From NCBI GenBank assembly GCA_963770155.1, contig CAVYOE010000001.1:74165-138164 (forward strand): 64,000 nucleotides of DNA. Direction: 5' to 3'. Positions within the stretch are counted from its first letter, which is position 1. Each line of letters starts with the position of its first letter. A program made the position numbers and the translations under genes. Under the pieces are notes generated by a model, which was not told the origin of the DNA, did not search any database, and saw only the letters and a program-made list of their open reading frames with translations. Below are positions 1-9,979 of the stretch, one piece after another. Source of the stretch: an uncultured Solirubrobacterales bacterium (GTDB lineage: Bacteria; Actinomycetota; Thermoleophilia; Solirubrobacterales; 70-9).

Positions 1-182
1 GTCCTTCATAGGCTCCCCGACGATCCGAGTCGATGGGGAGGACATACAGCCTCCCGGACCGGACGAGCCGGTCGGGCTCAACTGCCGGGTCTACCGGCGG
101 CCCGATGGCCGCGCCTCGCCGCTCCCCGATCCAGGGGAAGTGCGCGCAGCGCTTCGCAAGGCAACCGAGAAGGAGACTTAGA

Positions 183-719
183 TTGGCCGGAATATCGCTA
201 GGTGACGAGGCACCCGCGTTCAAGCTGCCGGCGACCGACGGCAAGGAGTACGAGCTCGGCGAGCCCAATCCCGATTTCCCGGCCACGGTCGTCTATTGGA
301 CTTGCAACCACTGCCCCTACGCCCTCGCCTGGCACGATCGCCTGCTCGAAGTGGCGCGGGAGTACGGAGAAAAGGGCGTCCGCTTCCTGGCGATCAACTC
401 GAACGACGCCAAGAAGTACCCCGACGATTCGTTCGAGGCGATGAAGGAGCGGGTCAAGGTGGAGGGCAACTGGCCGCATCCCTACCTCTACGACGAGAGC
501 CAGGAGGTTGCAAAGGCCTACGGCGCCGAGAAGACCCCAGATCTCTTCGTCTTCGGGGAGGACCTGAAACTGCGTTACCGCGGGGCCCCCGATGCCGACT
601 ACGAGGATCCTTCGCAGGAGGCGGCCTGGCTTCGCACCGCGGTCGACGACCTGCTCGGCGGCCGCGAGGTCGAGATGGCCGAGACCGAGCCGGTCGGTTG
701 CACGATCAAGTGGAGGTGA
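183..719 (+). CDS. thioredoxin-fold thiol-disulfide oxidoreductase (redoxin / AhpC-TSA family)
   Basis: ORF 33..719. CxxC motif in WTCNHCPYA. Redoxin-like VRFLAINSND...AKAYGAEKTPDLFVF. TTG 183 preceded by AAGGAG (170-175) chosen as start; ATG 33 or 105 also possible. Confidence 0.75.
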   Translation: MAGISLGDEAPAFKLPATDGKEYELGEPNPDFPATVVYWTCNHCPYALAWHDRLLEVAREYGEKGVRFLAINSNDAKKYPDDSFEAMKERVKVEGNWPHPYLYDESQEVAKAYGAEKTPDLFVFGEDLKLRYRGAPDADYEDPSQEAAWLRTAVDDLLGGREVEMAETEPVGCTIKWR

Positions 720-761
720 CATGACGGCGGCTGCTCCGCTTCGCGCCCGCCGCCGCCGGGC

Positions 762-1652
762 TTGACGGAGCGGCGACGGCTGGTCCGGGTCCCAGCTTCC
801 TCGGCCAACCTCGGCCCGGGCTATGACGTGCTCGCGGCGGCCCTCTCTCTTACGCTGGAGCTCGAGGTCGAGGAGGCCTCCGAGTTCGCGGTCGAGGCTC
901 CGGGCATCGATGTGCCCACGGACCGCTCGAATCTCTGCGTCAAGGCGTTTGAATCGCTGCACTCCGCCGACGGGGTCCGCTTCCGGATCCGGAGCGACAT
1001 CCCCCTCGCCCGCGGCCTCGGCTCATCTGCGGCAGCGATCGTCGCCGGCCTGGTCGCGGCCGAGCATCTCTACGAGCTGGCCCTCTCGAAGGAAGAGCTG
1101 CTCGAGCGAGCCGCCAAGATCGAGGGCCACCCAGACAACGTCGCGGCGGCCCTTTACGGCGGCTTCGTCGCCTGCGTTCGCGGCGGCCCCGCAGGGGAGG
1201 GTGGCCCCGTCGCGGCGCGGTTCGAGCCGACCGAGGGGATCGAGGCGGTGCTGCTCATCCCCGCGGAGGAGGTGCCGACCGAGCAGGCCCGGGAGGCGAT
1301 CCCGGACCAGGTGCCGCTGGCCGACGCCGTCGCCAACATCGGCTCAACCGCGCTGCTGGTCCTCGGGCTCCAGCGCGGCGACCTCAACCTGATCCAGCTC
1401 GGGCTTCGCGACCGGATCCACCAGCCGCGCCGCTCTTCGCTCTACCCGAAGTCGGTCGAGCTGATCGAGTCGGCGAGCGAGCTCGGCGCGATCGGGGCGA
1501 GCATCTCCGGGGCCGGCCCGACCGTGCTCTTCTGGGTCAACTGGCAGGAGACCGGCCAGGTGGTCGAGGCGCTGAAGCAGCGGGTCGGAGCGGGAGCTGA
1601 GATCCGCCGCGTCCCGTTCGCAGCGCTCGGCGCCGACGTTCCCGAGCTTTAG
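762..1652 (+). CDS. thrB: homoserine kinase
   Basis: N-terminal VPASSANLGPGYDVLA and GHMP-kinase motif PLARGLGSSAAAIVAG. 296 aa, a typical ThrB length. Confidence 0.9.
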   Translation: MTERRRLVRVPASSANLGPGYDVLAAALSLTLELEVEEASEFAVEAPGIDVPTDRSNLCVKAFESLHSADGVRFRIRSDIPLARGLGSSAAAIVAGLVAAEHLYELALSKEELLERAAKIEGHPDNVAAALYGGFVACVRGGPAGEGGPVAARFEPTEGIEAVLLIPAEEVPTEQAREAIPDQVPLADAVANIGSTALLVLGLQRGDLNLIQLGLRDRIHQPRRSSLYPKSVELIESASELGAIGASISGAGPTVLFWVNWQETGQVVEALKQRVGAGAEIRRVPFAALGADVPEL

Positions 1653-1661
1653 CCGCGGGGC

Positions 1662-2096
1662 TCAGTCAAGCAGCCCGACCTGGCGCAGGATCGAGACCGA
1701 GTCCGAGTAGACGTCCTTGCGCTTCACCTTTCCGTCCTCGAACGGGATCACGTCGATCCCCTTCCACTCGATCGTCTTGCCGGTCGGCTCGGCGAGCAGG
1801 TCGCCACGCTTCATCGTGTTCGAGTGGGTCGCGGTTGCGGTCCACTCCTGGGTGACGACGCCGTCGCGTGCGTAGAGGCGCCGGGTCTCGAACTTGATGT
1901 CGGGCCAGGTCTCGAAGATGGAGCCGATGTGCCCGCGGGCCTCTTCGCCTGTCGCCGACTCGCCCGCGGTGTGGTTCTCGAAGACCATGTCGGGCGAGTG
2001 CATCGACATGATCGCGTCGAGGTCGTGGTCGTTCCAGGCCTGGTTGTAGCGGGCGATCGTTTCTTCCAGGGCGTCGGGGGAATCGGGGTCAGCCAC
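1662..2096 (-). CDS. SnoaL-like / NTF2-fold protein
   Basis: 144-aa ORF. IARYNQAWNDHDLDAIMSMHSPDMVFENH is a typical SnoaL-like N-terminus. GTG start. Confidence 0.6.
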   Translation of the reverse strand: MADPDSPDALEETIARYNQAWNDHDLDAIMSMHSPDMVFENHTAGESATGEEARGHIGSIFETWPDIKFETRRLYARDGVVTQEWTATATHSNTMKRGDLLAEPTGKTIEWKGIDVIPFEDGKVKRKDVYSDSVSILRQVGLLD

Positions 2097-2154
2097 GGGA
2101 GAGAGGATATTTTGTCGGCACGGAACACGAGTGAAGGACGACCAAAGGAGAGAG

Positions 2155-2529
2155 ATGGCCGAGGGCTACGAGGTCAAGCACGTCGACGATTTCGAGGTGA
2201 TGGAAGGCTCTGGCGGCGCGACCTGGCGGCTCGCCCGCAAGGCGCTGGGCAGCGAAGCCTTCGGCTTCAACGTGGTCGAGATCGAGCCCGGGGGAGAGAT
2301 CCCCGCGCACGACGAGAGCGAGTCGGGACAGGAAGAGGTCTTCATCATCCTCGAGGGCGATGGGACAATCGTTGCCGGGGATGAGGAGCACGACGCCCCG
2401 GCCGGTACCTTCGCCCGTTACTCGCCCGAGACCAACCGGACGATTCGAAACAAATCCGAGTCTCCGGTGAGGGCGCTGCTGATCGGCGTCGCGCCGGATT
2501 CCAGCTACAAGCCGCCGGAGTGGGCCTGA
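2155..2529 (+). CDS. cupin domain protein
   Basis: ORF 2131..2529. Cupin motifs G-EIPAHDESESGQEEVFIILEG and PAGTFARYSP. ATG 2155 preceded by AAGGAG (2145-2150). Confidence 0.7.
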   Translation: MAEGYEVKHVDDFEVMEGSGGATWRLARKALGSEAFGFNVVEIEPGGEIPAHDESESGQEEVFIILEGDGTIVAGDEEHDAPAGTFARYSPETNRTIRNKSESPVRALLIGVAPDSSYKPPEWA

Positions 2530-2555
2530 GGCCGCCGGCGCCGCGAGCTAGCTAG

Positions 2556-3053
2556 TTAGCTGCAGACCTGGAAGCCGAAGCCCTTGATCAGGCGGGCGGC
2601 CTCGGCGTTCTTGCGCTCGAACCGCTTCGACAGCTTGCGGGAGCGCTCGAACTTGCCCTGCTTGAAGGCCCGGGATGAGTCGGCGAAGTCGTCAACGGCC
2701 TCACGCTTCAGAGCGAGCCATGGGTTGAGCAGCGCCGAATCCTCGGCCGGCTGCGGCATCGCCGCGAGCGCCCCGACCATGCGGCTGAGGCGGTTGGCGA
2801 TCCGCAGGGCCCGGTTGCCGAAGCGGCGCTGAAACTCGCGCAGCCCCGCCGGGTCGGCGGGCACCTGCTTGAGGCTCTCGAGCAGGCGCTTGAACGGCTT
2901 CTTCGTGTCCGTGATCGCGTCGCGGCAGATCGGATCCGCCGCCGCGATGTATTCGGCGTGCGTGGCAGCCGCGGACGCGCTCGGAAAGGCGGCCGCTGCG
3001 GCCACAAGCACCACGAGGCCGCCGAGGAGGGGTCGTTTCCCTGCGAATCTCAC
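2556..3053 (-). CDS. hypothetical secreted protein
   Basis: Signal-peptide-like KRPLLGGLVVLVAAAAAFPSASAAA inside ORF 2556..3224. GTG 3053 chosen as start. No family recognised. Confidence 0.45.
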   Translation of the reverse strand: MRFAGKRPLLGGLVVLVAAAAAFPSASAAATHAEYIAAADPICRDAITDTKKPFKRLLESLKQVPADPAGLREFQRRFGNRALRIANRLSRMVGALAAMPQPAEDSALLNPWLALKREAVDDFADSSRAFKQGKFERSRKLSKRFERKNAEAARLIKGFGFQVCS

Positions 3054-3173
3054 TTCCTGAAGAGTAGGAAATCGAGCAGAAATCCAGGCGCCGGGTGCAG
3101 TGCCCGTATAATGCCCCGGTCCGTTTGCCCGTCGCGCGCCCGCTCGAAGAAGGCGCGGAAACCGGGAGGTCAA

Positions 3174-6100
3174 TTGAACAATCGAGCCGCCAGCAGCCGG
3201 CCCCTGGGTCAGGAGCCGGCCCACACCCCCTCAGCCGAGACCCGCTACGCGTGGGATCGGCCGTACAGGCCGCTTGTCTCGCCGCCCAGCGTCGAGGACA
3301 AGGACGCCTGCGCGATCTATGCCTCCGTCCGCAAGGACGCGACGCCCAGTCACGAGCCGGTCGAGCTCGCCCTGAGCTCGCTCCAGAAGATGCTGCACCG
3401 CGCCGGCAACGTCGACGGCGAGGGTGACGGCTGCGGTCTTCTCGTCGACATCCCAAGCAAGATCTGGGCGGAAGAAGTCCGGTCCGGCGGCCACAACCCC
3501 GCGCTGGCCCTCGACGACGCCTTCGCGGTCGCCCACGTGTTCGTCGAGCGCTCACATGACGTCGAGAAGATCCGGCACGATGCGCGCGAGATCCTCGGCG
3601 GGGCCGGTTTCCGGATCCTGGCCGAGCGAATTGGTGCCGCCGACTCGGCGGCACTCGGCCCCACGGCACGAGAGGAAGAGCCCCACTTCTGGCAGATCGC
3701 CGGGCTGGTTCCCGAGGCGGCGGACCTCGACCGCGCTCTGTTCAAGCTCCAGGTCGAGCTCGAGGTGAAGCTCGGCGTCCATGTCGCCTCCTTCTCGGGG
3801 AGCACCTGCGTCTACAAGGTGATGGGCGCGCCGAAGGTGCTCGGCGGCTACTACCCGGACCTCTCCGACGAGCGCTTCGAGACCGTCGGATGCTTCGGCC
3901 ACAACCGCTATTCGACCAACACCTGGCCCTCGTTCATGCGCGTTCAGCCGTTCGGGGTGCTCGGCCACAACGGCGAGATCAACACGATCGAGCAGCTGCG
4001 GCAGGAGGGCCGGATGCTCGGCATCCCGATCGGGGAGGGCAACTCCGACTCCCAGGACCTGAACCGGGTGGTCGAGACCCTGGTCCGCCGGGAGGGGCTC
4101 TCCCTCGCTGAGGCGATGGAGCTGGTTCTGCCGCCGGTCGCGAACGAGATCCGTGCCCTGCCCGAGGACCTCCACTCCTTCTACATGTACCTGCGCGAGG
4201 CGTTCGGGCCGTTCTCTCAGGGCCCCGTGGCCTTGATCGCGCGGCACCGCGACGAGTGCGTGTTCAGCTCCGACGCGCTCGGGCTGCGGCCGCTGTGGCA
4301 GCTCGAGACCCCGACCGACTGGGTCTACAGCTCGGAACCGGGGGTGGTCTCGGTCGAGAAGATGGTCTCCGAGCCGAAGCCGCTGGCGCCGGGCGAGAAG
4401 ACGATGGTCTCGATCGATCGCGCCAAGCGGACCTCCAGCCGCCATCCGCACGCCGAGGTCCTGCGGATCGTGCGTGACCGCTGGCTCCAGCGGGCCGGGG
4501 CGGAGGAGGTTGCTCCCTACGACCGCGCCCTCCATACAGGCGGCCCGTTCGAGGGTCCGGAGATCCCGGGCTACGCCGCCGCCGGGCCATCCGAGCCGAT
4601 CAAGGTCGGCGAGGGGATCCTGGCCGGGTTCGGCTGGCAGCGCGACGACGTCAAGCTGGTGCAGCAGATGGCCTCGAACGGGGCCGAGCCGATCGGCTCG
4701 CTCGGCTACGACGGGCCGCTCGCGGCGCTCTCGCCCGAGCGCCAGAACCTCGCCGACTACTTCAAGGAGACGGTCGCGGTCGTGACCAACCCGGCGATCG
4801 ACCGCGAGCGCGAGATGGAGCATTTCTCGACCCGCTCGGTCTTCGGCCGCCGGCCGTCGCTGCACGATCCCGCCACCGACACCGGCACCACCGAGACCTC
4901 GTTCCCGGTGCTGCTCGGCGGCCACCACGAGCTCGCACCCTTTTCCGACGAGGACTACCGCAAGATCGCCCACGAGCACCAGACCTACGTGCTCGAGGAT
5001 CTCTGGGAGCACTTCCGCGACCGCGCTGCGGCCCTGGACATCTCGCTGCTGGAGTCCGAGACGACCCAGGGCGCGATCGAGCGCTTGAAGCAGGAGGCCG
5101 TCAAGCACGTCCAGGACGGCGCCGAGCTCCTCGTCCTGACCGACCGCACCGTCTACGAGGGCCAGCGGCGCTACCTCGACCCGCACCTGGCGATCTCGGC
5201 GGTCGACCAGGCCCTGAAGGGCTTCCGCGTCGATCCGGGTCAGGACAACCTGCGCCGGCGCTGCTCGATCGTGCTGCGCTCGGCCGCGATCCGCAACGTC
5301 CACGACGTCGTCCTCGCCCTCGGCCTCGGCGCCAACGGCGTCTGTCCGTACGTGATGATCGAGGTGGTCTGCGTCGACGACTATCCGGCCGACGTCGCCA
5401 ACCTCTGCAGCGCCCTCTCCAAGGGGATCGAGAAGGTGATCTCGACCATCGGCATCCACGAGGTCCGCGGATACGCGCGCCAGTTCTCCTCGATCGGGAT
5501 CAAGCCCGAGCTCGCCGAGATCTTCCAGACCGAGCACTGGGCCGCTTCCGAGAAGGGCGGCACCGGCTTCGCCGAGCTCGATGCCGACACGGCCGAGCGC
5601 CACCAGATCCTCTCCGGCGAGGAGGAGTCGAAGCCGGCAAAGACCTTCCGCTTCTACCCCAAGGTCTACAAGGCGGCGATCGCGGCCTCGAACGGGACCG
5701 GCGACTACGCCGAGTACTCGCAGAAGGTGCGCGAGCTCGAGGAGCGAGAACCCGATCTCGATGCGCCACATCATGGGCCTGCGCAAGGAGCCGGACCGCG
5801 AGCCGGTCGACCCGGCGAGCGTCGACGCGTCGGTCGGCCACCACGACTACCCGATCGTGATCTCCTCGATGAGCTTCGGCTCGCAGTCCGAGCCGGCCTT
5901 CCGCGCCTACGCCGAGGCCGGCAAGGCGATCAACATCCTCTGCATCAACGGGGAGGGCGGCGAGATCCGCGACATGTACGGCGAATACCGCAAGTGGCGC
6001 GGGCAGCAGGTCGCCTCGGGCCGCTTCGGGGTCTCCGCCGAGATGATCAACTCCTCCTACGTCGCCGAGATCAAGATCGGCCAGGGCGCCAAGCCCGGCG

Positions 6101-7882
6101 AGGGCGGTCACCTGCCGGGCAAGAAGGTCTCCGAGAAGGTGGCCGCGGCCCGAAACGCCTCGCCCGGGACCGACCTGATCTCCCCCTCGAACAACCACGA
6201 CCTCTATTCGATCGAGGACCTCGCCGAGCTGATCGACGAGCTCAAGACCGTCAACCCGGATGTGCGGGTCTCGGTCAAGGTCCCGGTGGTGCCGAACATC
6301 GGCACGATCGGCCTCGGGATCGCCAAGGCCGGCGCCGACATCATCACCCTGTCGGGATTCGAGGGCGGCACCGGCGCCGCGCGCCAGCACGCGCTCCGCC
6401 ACGTCGGGCTGCCCTCCGACATCGGCACCCGCGCCGTCCACCGCGCCCTGATGGAGGCCGGGATCCGCAACCGGGTCGAGATCTGGGCGGACGGCGGTTA
6501 CCGTCACGCCCACGACGTCGTCAAGCTCCATTGCATGGGCGCCAACCGGGTCGCCTTCGGCACCCTGGCGATGGTCTCGATCGGCTGCACGATCTGCCGC
6601 GGCTGCCAGCTCGACACCTGTCACGTCGGGATCGCGACCCAGATCGAGACGATCGAGGAGGCGACCGAGCACGGCCTCAAGAAGTTCACTCCCCAGGCGG
6701 TCGACGAGGCAGCCGAGAACTGCGCCCGCTTCTTCGGCTCGATGGGCGAGGAGGTGAAGGAGCTCGTCGGCTCGCTCGGCTACGACCGGGCCCAGGACCT
6801 GGTCGGCCGCTACGACCTGCTCGAGCAGATCGCCCACACCGAGCAGCTCGACCTTGCTGAGCTGATCACCCCATTGGAGGAGTTCCTCGATCTGGAGCCG
6901 ATCGACATGCCCGTCGAGCGAGGAGCTGGTCGAGGCGCGCGCCGAGGCCGGCCTCGTGATCGCGAAGCCGATCCGGATGGAGCCGAAGCAGGCCTCGAGC
7001 GAGATCGCGAGCCTCGCCGACGAGGTCTGCTCCGGCGGCCGGGTTCGGCAGCGAGTTCCCGCGCCCGACGGACGCCCACGACCGGGTGCTCGGGACCGAG
7101 CTCGCCGGCGAGCTCTCCCGCGCCCGCATCTACGGCGAGGGCCCCGAGTCGAGCGAGGACGTGCTGGCGGAGCTCAACTTCAACGGCGGCAGCGTCGCCG
7201 GCCAGGGCTTCGGCGCTTTCAACGCCTACGGGCTCACCGTCCGTGTGGAGGGCGGCGCCCAGGACGGCGTGGGCAAGACGATGCTCGGCGGAACCGTTTC
7301 GGTACTCAAGGGCAAGAACAGCAACGGCGAGCGCGTAAATGGCTCGGTCGGCAAGTCATTCGCCTACGGCGCCCAGCGCGGCCGGCTCTTCGTCCAGGGC
7401 TCGGCGGACTCGCGCTTCTGCATCCGCCTCTCGGGCGCCGACGTGGTCCTCGGCGGCGAGCCCGCCAGTCCGCTCGACGACTCGCAGGGCTGCATCGTCG
7501 ACCGCGCCAACGCCAAGGGCTTTGCCTTCGAGTACATGACCTCCGGACGTGCCGCCGTTCTCGGCGACATCGGTCCCTGGGCCTGCGCCGGGATGACCGG
7601 CGGCCGGGTCTATGTCCGGATCAACGAGGAGCTCAACCTCGACCGCGCCGCGATCGAGCAGCCGTCTCGGGGAAGGCGCCAAGGTCCACGTCGAACGATC
7701 TCGACGATGAGGGCCGCCTCGATCTCGAGGACCTGCTCGGCCACTACGCCGAGGAGCTGCGCACCTCCGGCCAGGACCAGGAGGCCGAGCGAATCGCCGC
7801 CCTGGCGGCGGCGCCGGGCGAGAACTTCGTGATGATCGTTCCGGAGAGGGTCCAGGCCGACCCGAACATCTCCACCGAGTAG
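3174..7882 (+). pseudogene. gltB: glutamate synthase large subunit (GltB-type), reading frame broken about 5 times as sequenced
   Basis: Stitching frames gives the domains in correct order. Class-II amidotransferase: DACAIYA, FGHNRYSTNTWPSF, GHNGEINTI. Central domain: VTNPAIDREREM. FMN domain: SSMSFGSQS, INGEGGE, KIGQGAKPGEGGHLPG, SPSNNHDLYSIEDL, Cys cluster CTICRGCQLDTC. GXGXG beta-helix domain: GSVGKSFAYGAQRGRLFVQG. Frame changes near 5748, 6918, 7040, 7660 and 7693. TTG 3174 after GGGAGG is a guessed start. Confidence 0.9.
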
Positions 7883-7903
7883 GCCCGCCCGAAAGGAAGA
7901 GAG

Positions 7904-8377
7904 CTAGGCGGCGCCGGCGGCAGCGTCGGTGTCGATCACGTACAGGCAGTAGCGACCGACCTGAAGCTCGTCCCCGTCGCTGAGCTCGCCCCACTCGATC
8001 CGCTCGCCGTTGAGGCAGATGCCATTGAGGCTGCGATCGTCGAGGACCCGCAGGCCGCGCTCCTCGTCGTTGACGACCAGAGCATGTCGGCGAGAGACGG
8101 TGGCGTCATCGAGGCGAATGTCCGCCGCGGCGCTGCGGCCGATGCGGGTCCAGCCCTTCCCGACCTTGACTACGTGCTCGGTGCCGCCGTCCGAGAAGGC
8201 CAGATAGCGGCCGTGCTCCTCGACCCCGAGGCGCGCCTGCTCGAGCCAATCCGGCTCGGTGACCTGCCGTTGCATCGGGATCGATTCGGCGGTCGCGTCT
8301 TCGAATATGGAGTGGCCGCGGAAGCGTGAGCCGTCGCGCTCAGTCCGAAGTGCAGGGTCCACTTCCGTTTCGATCAT
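7904..8377 (-). CDS. FHA domain-containing protein
   Basis: C-terminal FHA signature TRIGRSAAADIRLDDATVSRRHALVV...SLNGICLNGERI. ATG 8377 preferred over TTG 8443 (longest ORF). Confidence 0.8.
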   Translation of the reverse strand: MIETEVDPALRTERDGSRFRGHSIFEDATAESIPMQRQVTEPDWLEQARLGVEEHGRYLAFSDGGTEHVVKVGKGWTRIGRSAAADIRLDDATVSRRHALVVNDEERGLRVLDDRSLNGICLNGERIEWGELSDGDELQVGRYCLYVIDTDAAAGAA

Positions 8378-8501
8378 GGGGGCATTTGCGACTTTACTCA
8401 CGAACTGGGGAAAATCAAACGAAATTCCGGTGATCCGCCGCAAACTGGACGATTTGCAAGTGAATCATCGTCCCGCCCATAGACTGGGGCGCAGCCACCG
8501 G

Positions 8502-9020
8502 ATGGGACCGATTTCAGCCGAAACCGCGATCGATGCGCCGCGCGAGCAGGTGTTCGCGACCCTCACCGACCTCGGGGTCCGTCCTTCCTTCTGCGACCAC
8601 TTCATGCGCGACTACCGGATTGCCCGGCTGCCGGCGCGAGGGAAGGGAGCCGCCGCGCGTTTTCGCGTCGAGCCCCCGTTGTTCGGGACCTGGATGGAGA
8701 CGGAGATCGACGAGGTTGAGGCTCCTCACCTGGTCTCGGAGCACGGCCGCTGTGGTCGCCTCAACCGGGTCTCCACCTTCACCGCCTGGGAGCTGCTCGA
8801 GGGCCCGGGTGCGGTGACCACGGTCCGGCTCACGTTCTGGACCGAGCCACAAGAAGCGATCGACAAGATCCGCGAGCGCTTCGGCGCCGCCCGCTGGTAC
8901 CGGCGGCGCTGGCAGACAGCCCTGCGCCGGCTCGGGAAGGTGCTGGAGGGCGAGGTCTCGCCACACGCCGTCCGCGCCGCCGGCGCAGACCGGATCGAGA
9001 CCCTCCCGACCGGGGTCTGA
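8502..9020 (+). CDS. SRPBCC (polyketide cyclase/dehydrase-like) family protein
   Basis: Internal ATG of ORF 8259..9020. ISAETAIDAPREQVFATLTDL is a typical SRPBCC N-terminus. Confidence 0.6.
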   Translation: MGPISAETAIDAPREQVFATLTDLGVRPSFCDHFMRDYRIARLPARGKGAAARFRVEPPLFGTWMETEIDEVEAPHLVSEHGRCGRLNRVSTFTAWELLEGPGAVTTVRLTFWTEPQEAIDKIRERFGAARWYRRRWQTALRRLGKVLEGEVSPHAVRAAGADRIETLPTGV

Positions 9021-9091
9021 CCACACCGCACAAGCGCCGGTTACTCCGCTTCGCGTGCGGGGGCGGCGCGCTAATAGACTCCCGCGCCGAG

Positions 9092-9631
9092 ATGCGGAGG
9101 TGGCGAAACCTGATGGCCGCGGCGGTGCTCGCCTGCGGGCTGGTTGCGGCAGGGGGCTGCGGCGAGACAGACCTCGACGAGCTGGTCGAGGGCGAGACCT
9201 TCGAGATGGGGGAGCTCCGCTACAACGTCCTCTTCACCCGCACCTTGAACTCGAACGGGGTCGAAGACCAGGGCTATCTGAGGGGCCAGCCACCGGCCCC
9301 ACCGAACAAGGAGTACCTCGGAGTGTTCCTGTTGATCGAGAACCAGAGCGAGGACACCCTGGACCTCCCTGTCGAGTCCGATTTCGAGATCACTGACACG
9401 ACCGGAACCAAGTACGAGCCGATCGAGACCGAGAGCGAGTTTGCTTTTCCGTTCGGCGGAGCGGTCCCGCCCGAGGGGCAGGTTCCCGATCGCGACTCGG
9501 TTGCGGCGGCCGGACCCACGCAGGGATCGCTGATTCTCTACCTGGTCGACGAGGCTGTGACCGAGAACCGCCCGCTCGAGCTCGACATTCACAGCCAGGA
9601 CGAGGAAGCCGTCGTCGAGCTCGACATCTAG
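9092..9631 (+). CDS. lipoprotein, DUF4352-like Ig-fold (tentative)
   Basis: Lipobox-like LVAAGGCGE after a basic N-terminus. The YLGVFLLIENQSEDTLDL pattern resembles DUF4352. Confidence 0.55.
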   Translation: MRRWRNLMAAAVLACGLVAAGGCGETDLDELVEGETFEMGELRYNVLFTRTLNSNGVEDQGYLRGQPPAPPNKEYLGVFLLIENQSEDTLDLPVESDFEITDTTGTKYEPIETESEFAFPFGGAVPPEGQVPDRDSVAAAGPTQGSLILYLVDEAVTENRPLELDIHSQDEEAVVELDI

Positions 9632-9637
9632 GAGCCG

Positions 9638-9979
9638 ATGAGCGCCGAGCGGCTTCGCGCCCTGCTGTTCCTGGGAGCGGCCGGCGCCGTGGTCGTCGTG
9701 CTGCGGTTTCTCCCGGCCCTGGCCGAACTCGGCGGCACGATCGCGATCGTGATCGCGACCTTGCTTACGGCGCCGGCGCCCGCCGATCCCTCTGCGCAGC
9801 TGCGCTGGTGGCGTCTGCTCGCGCTCGGTGCGGTGCTCGCCGCGGTTGGCCTGCCGGTTTCGCTGGTGCTCGAAACGATCGGCGGAATGATCGCCGGGGC
9901 CGGCGGGGCGCTGACGATCGTCGGGGCCTGCTTCGGCTGGCCCGCGCCGGGCCGTGCCGGCGAAGCTAGCCCTTCTTGA
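9638..9979 (+). CDS. small hypothetical membrane protein
   Basis: 113 aa with about 3 hydrophobic helices. ATG 9638 is 4 nt after GGAG and 7 nt after the upstream stop, suggesting coupling. Confidence 0.4.
   Translation: MSAERLRALLFLGAAGAVVVVLRFLPALAELGGTIAIVIATLLTAPAPADPSAQLRWWRLLALGAVLAAVGLPVSLVLETIGGMIAGAGGALTIVGACFGWPAPGRAGEASPS

Noticed and set aside
2547-2565. gctagctagttagctgcag, which looks like a synthetic three-frame stop cassette with NheI and PstI sites
   Set aside because: It is simply the 26-nt gap between two convergent genes. The tta at 2556-2558 is the natural stop (protein end ...FQVCS) of the minus-strand gene. There is no other sign of engineering.
3552-6837. Long minus-strand ORFs (744 aa and 445 aa) antisense to gltB
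   Set aside because: The translations are R/G/A/D/L-rich with no motifs. Such ORFs are expected opposite real genes in high-GC DNA because GC-rich third positions suppress stops. The sense strand carries unmistakable GltB motifs.
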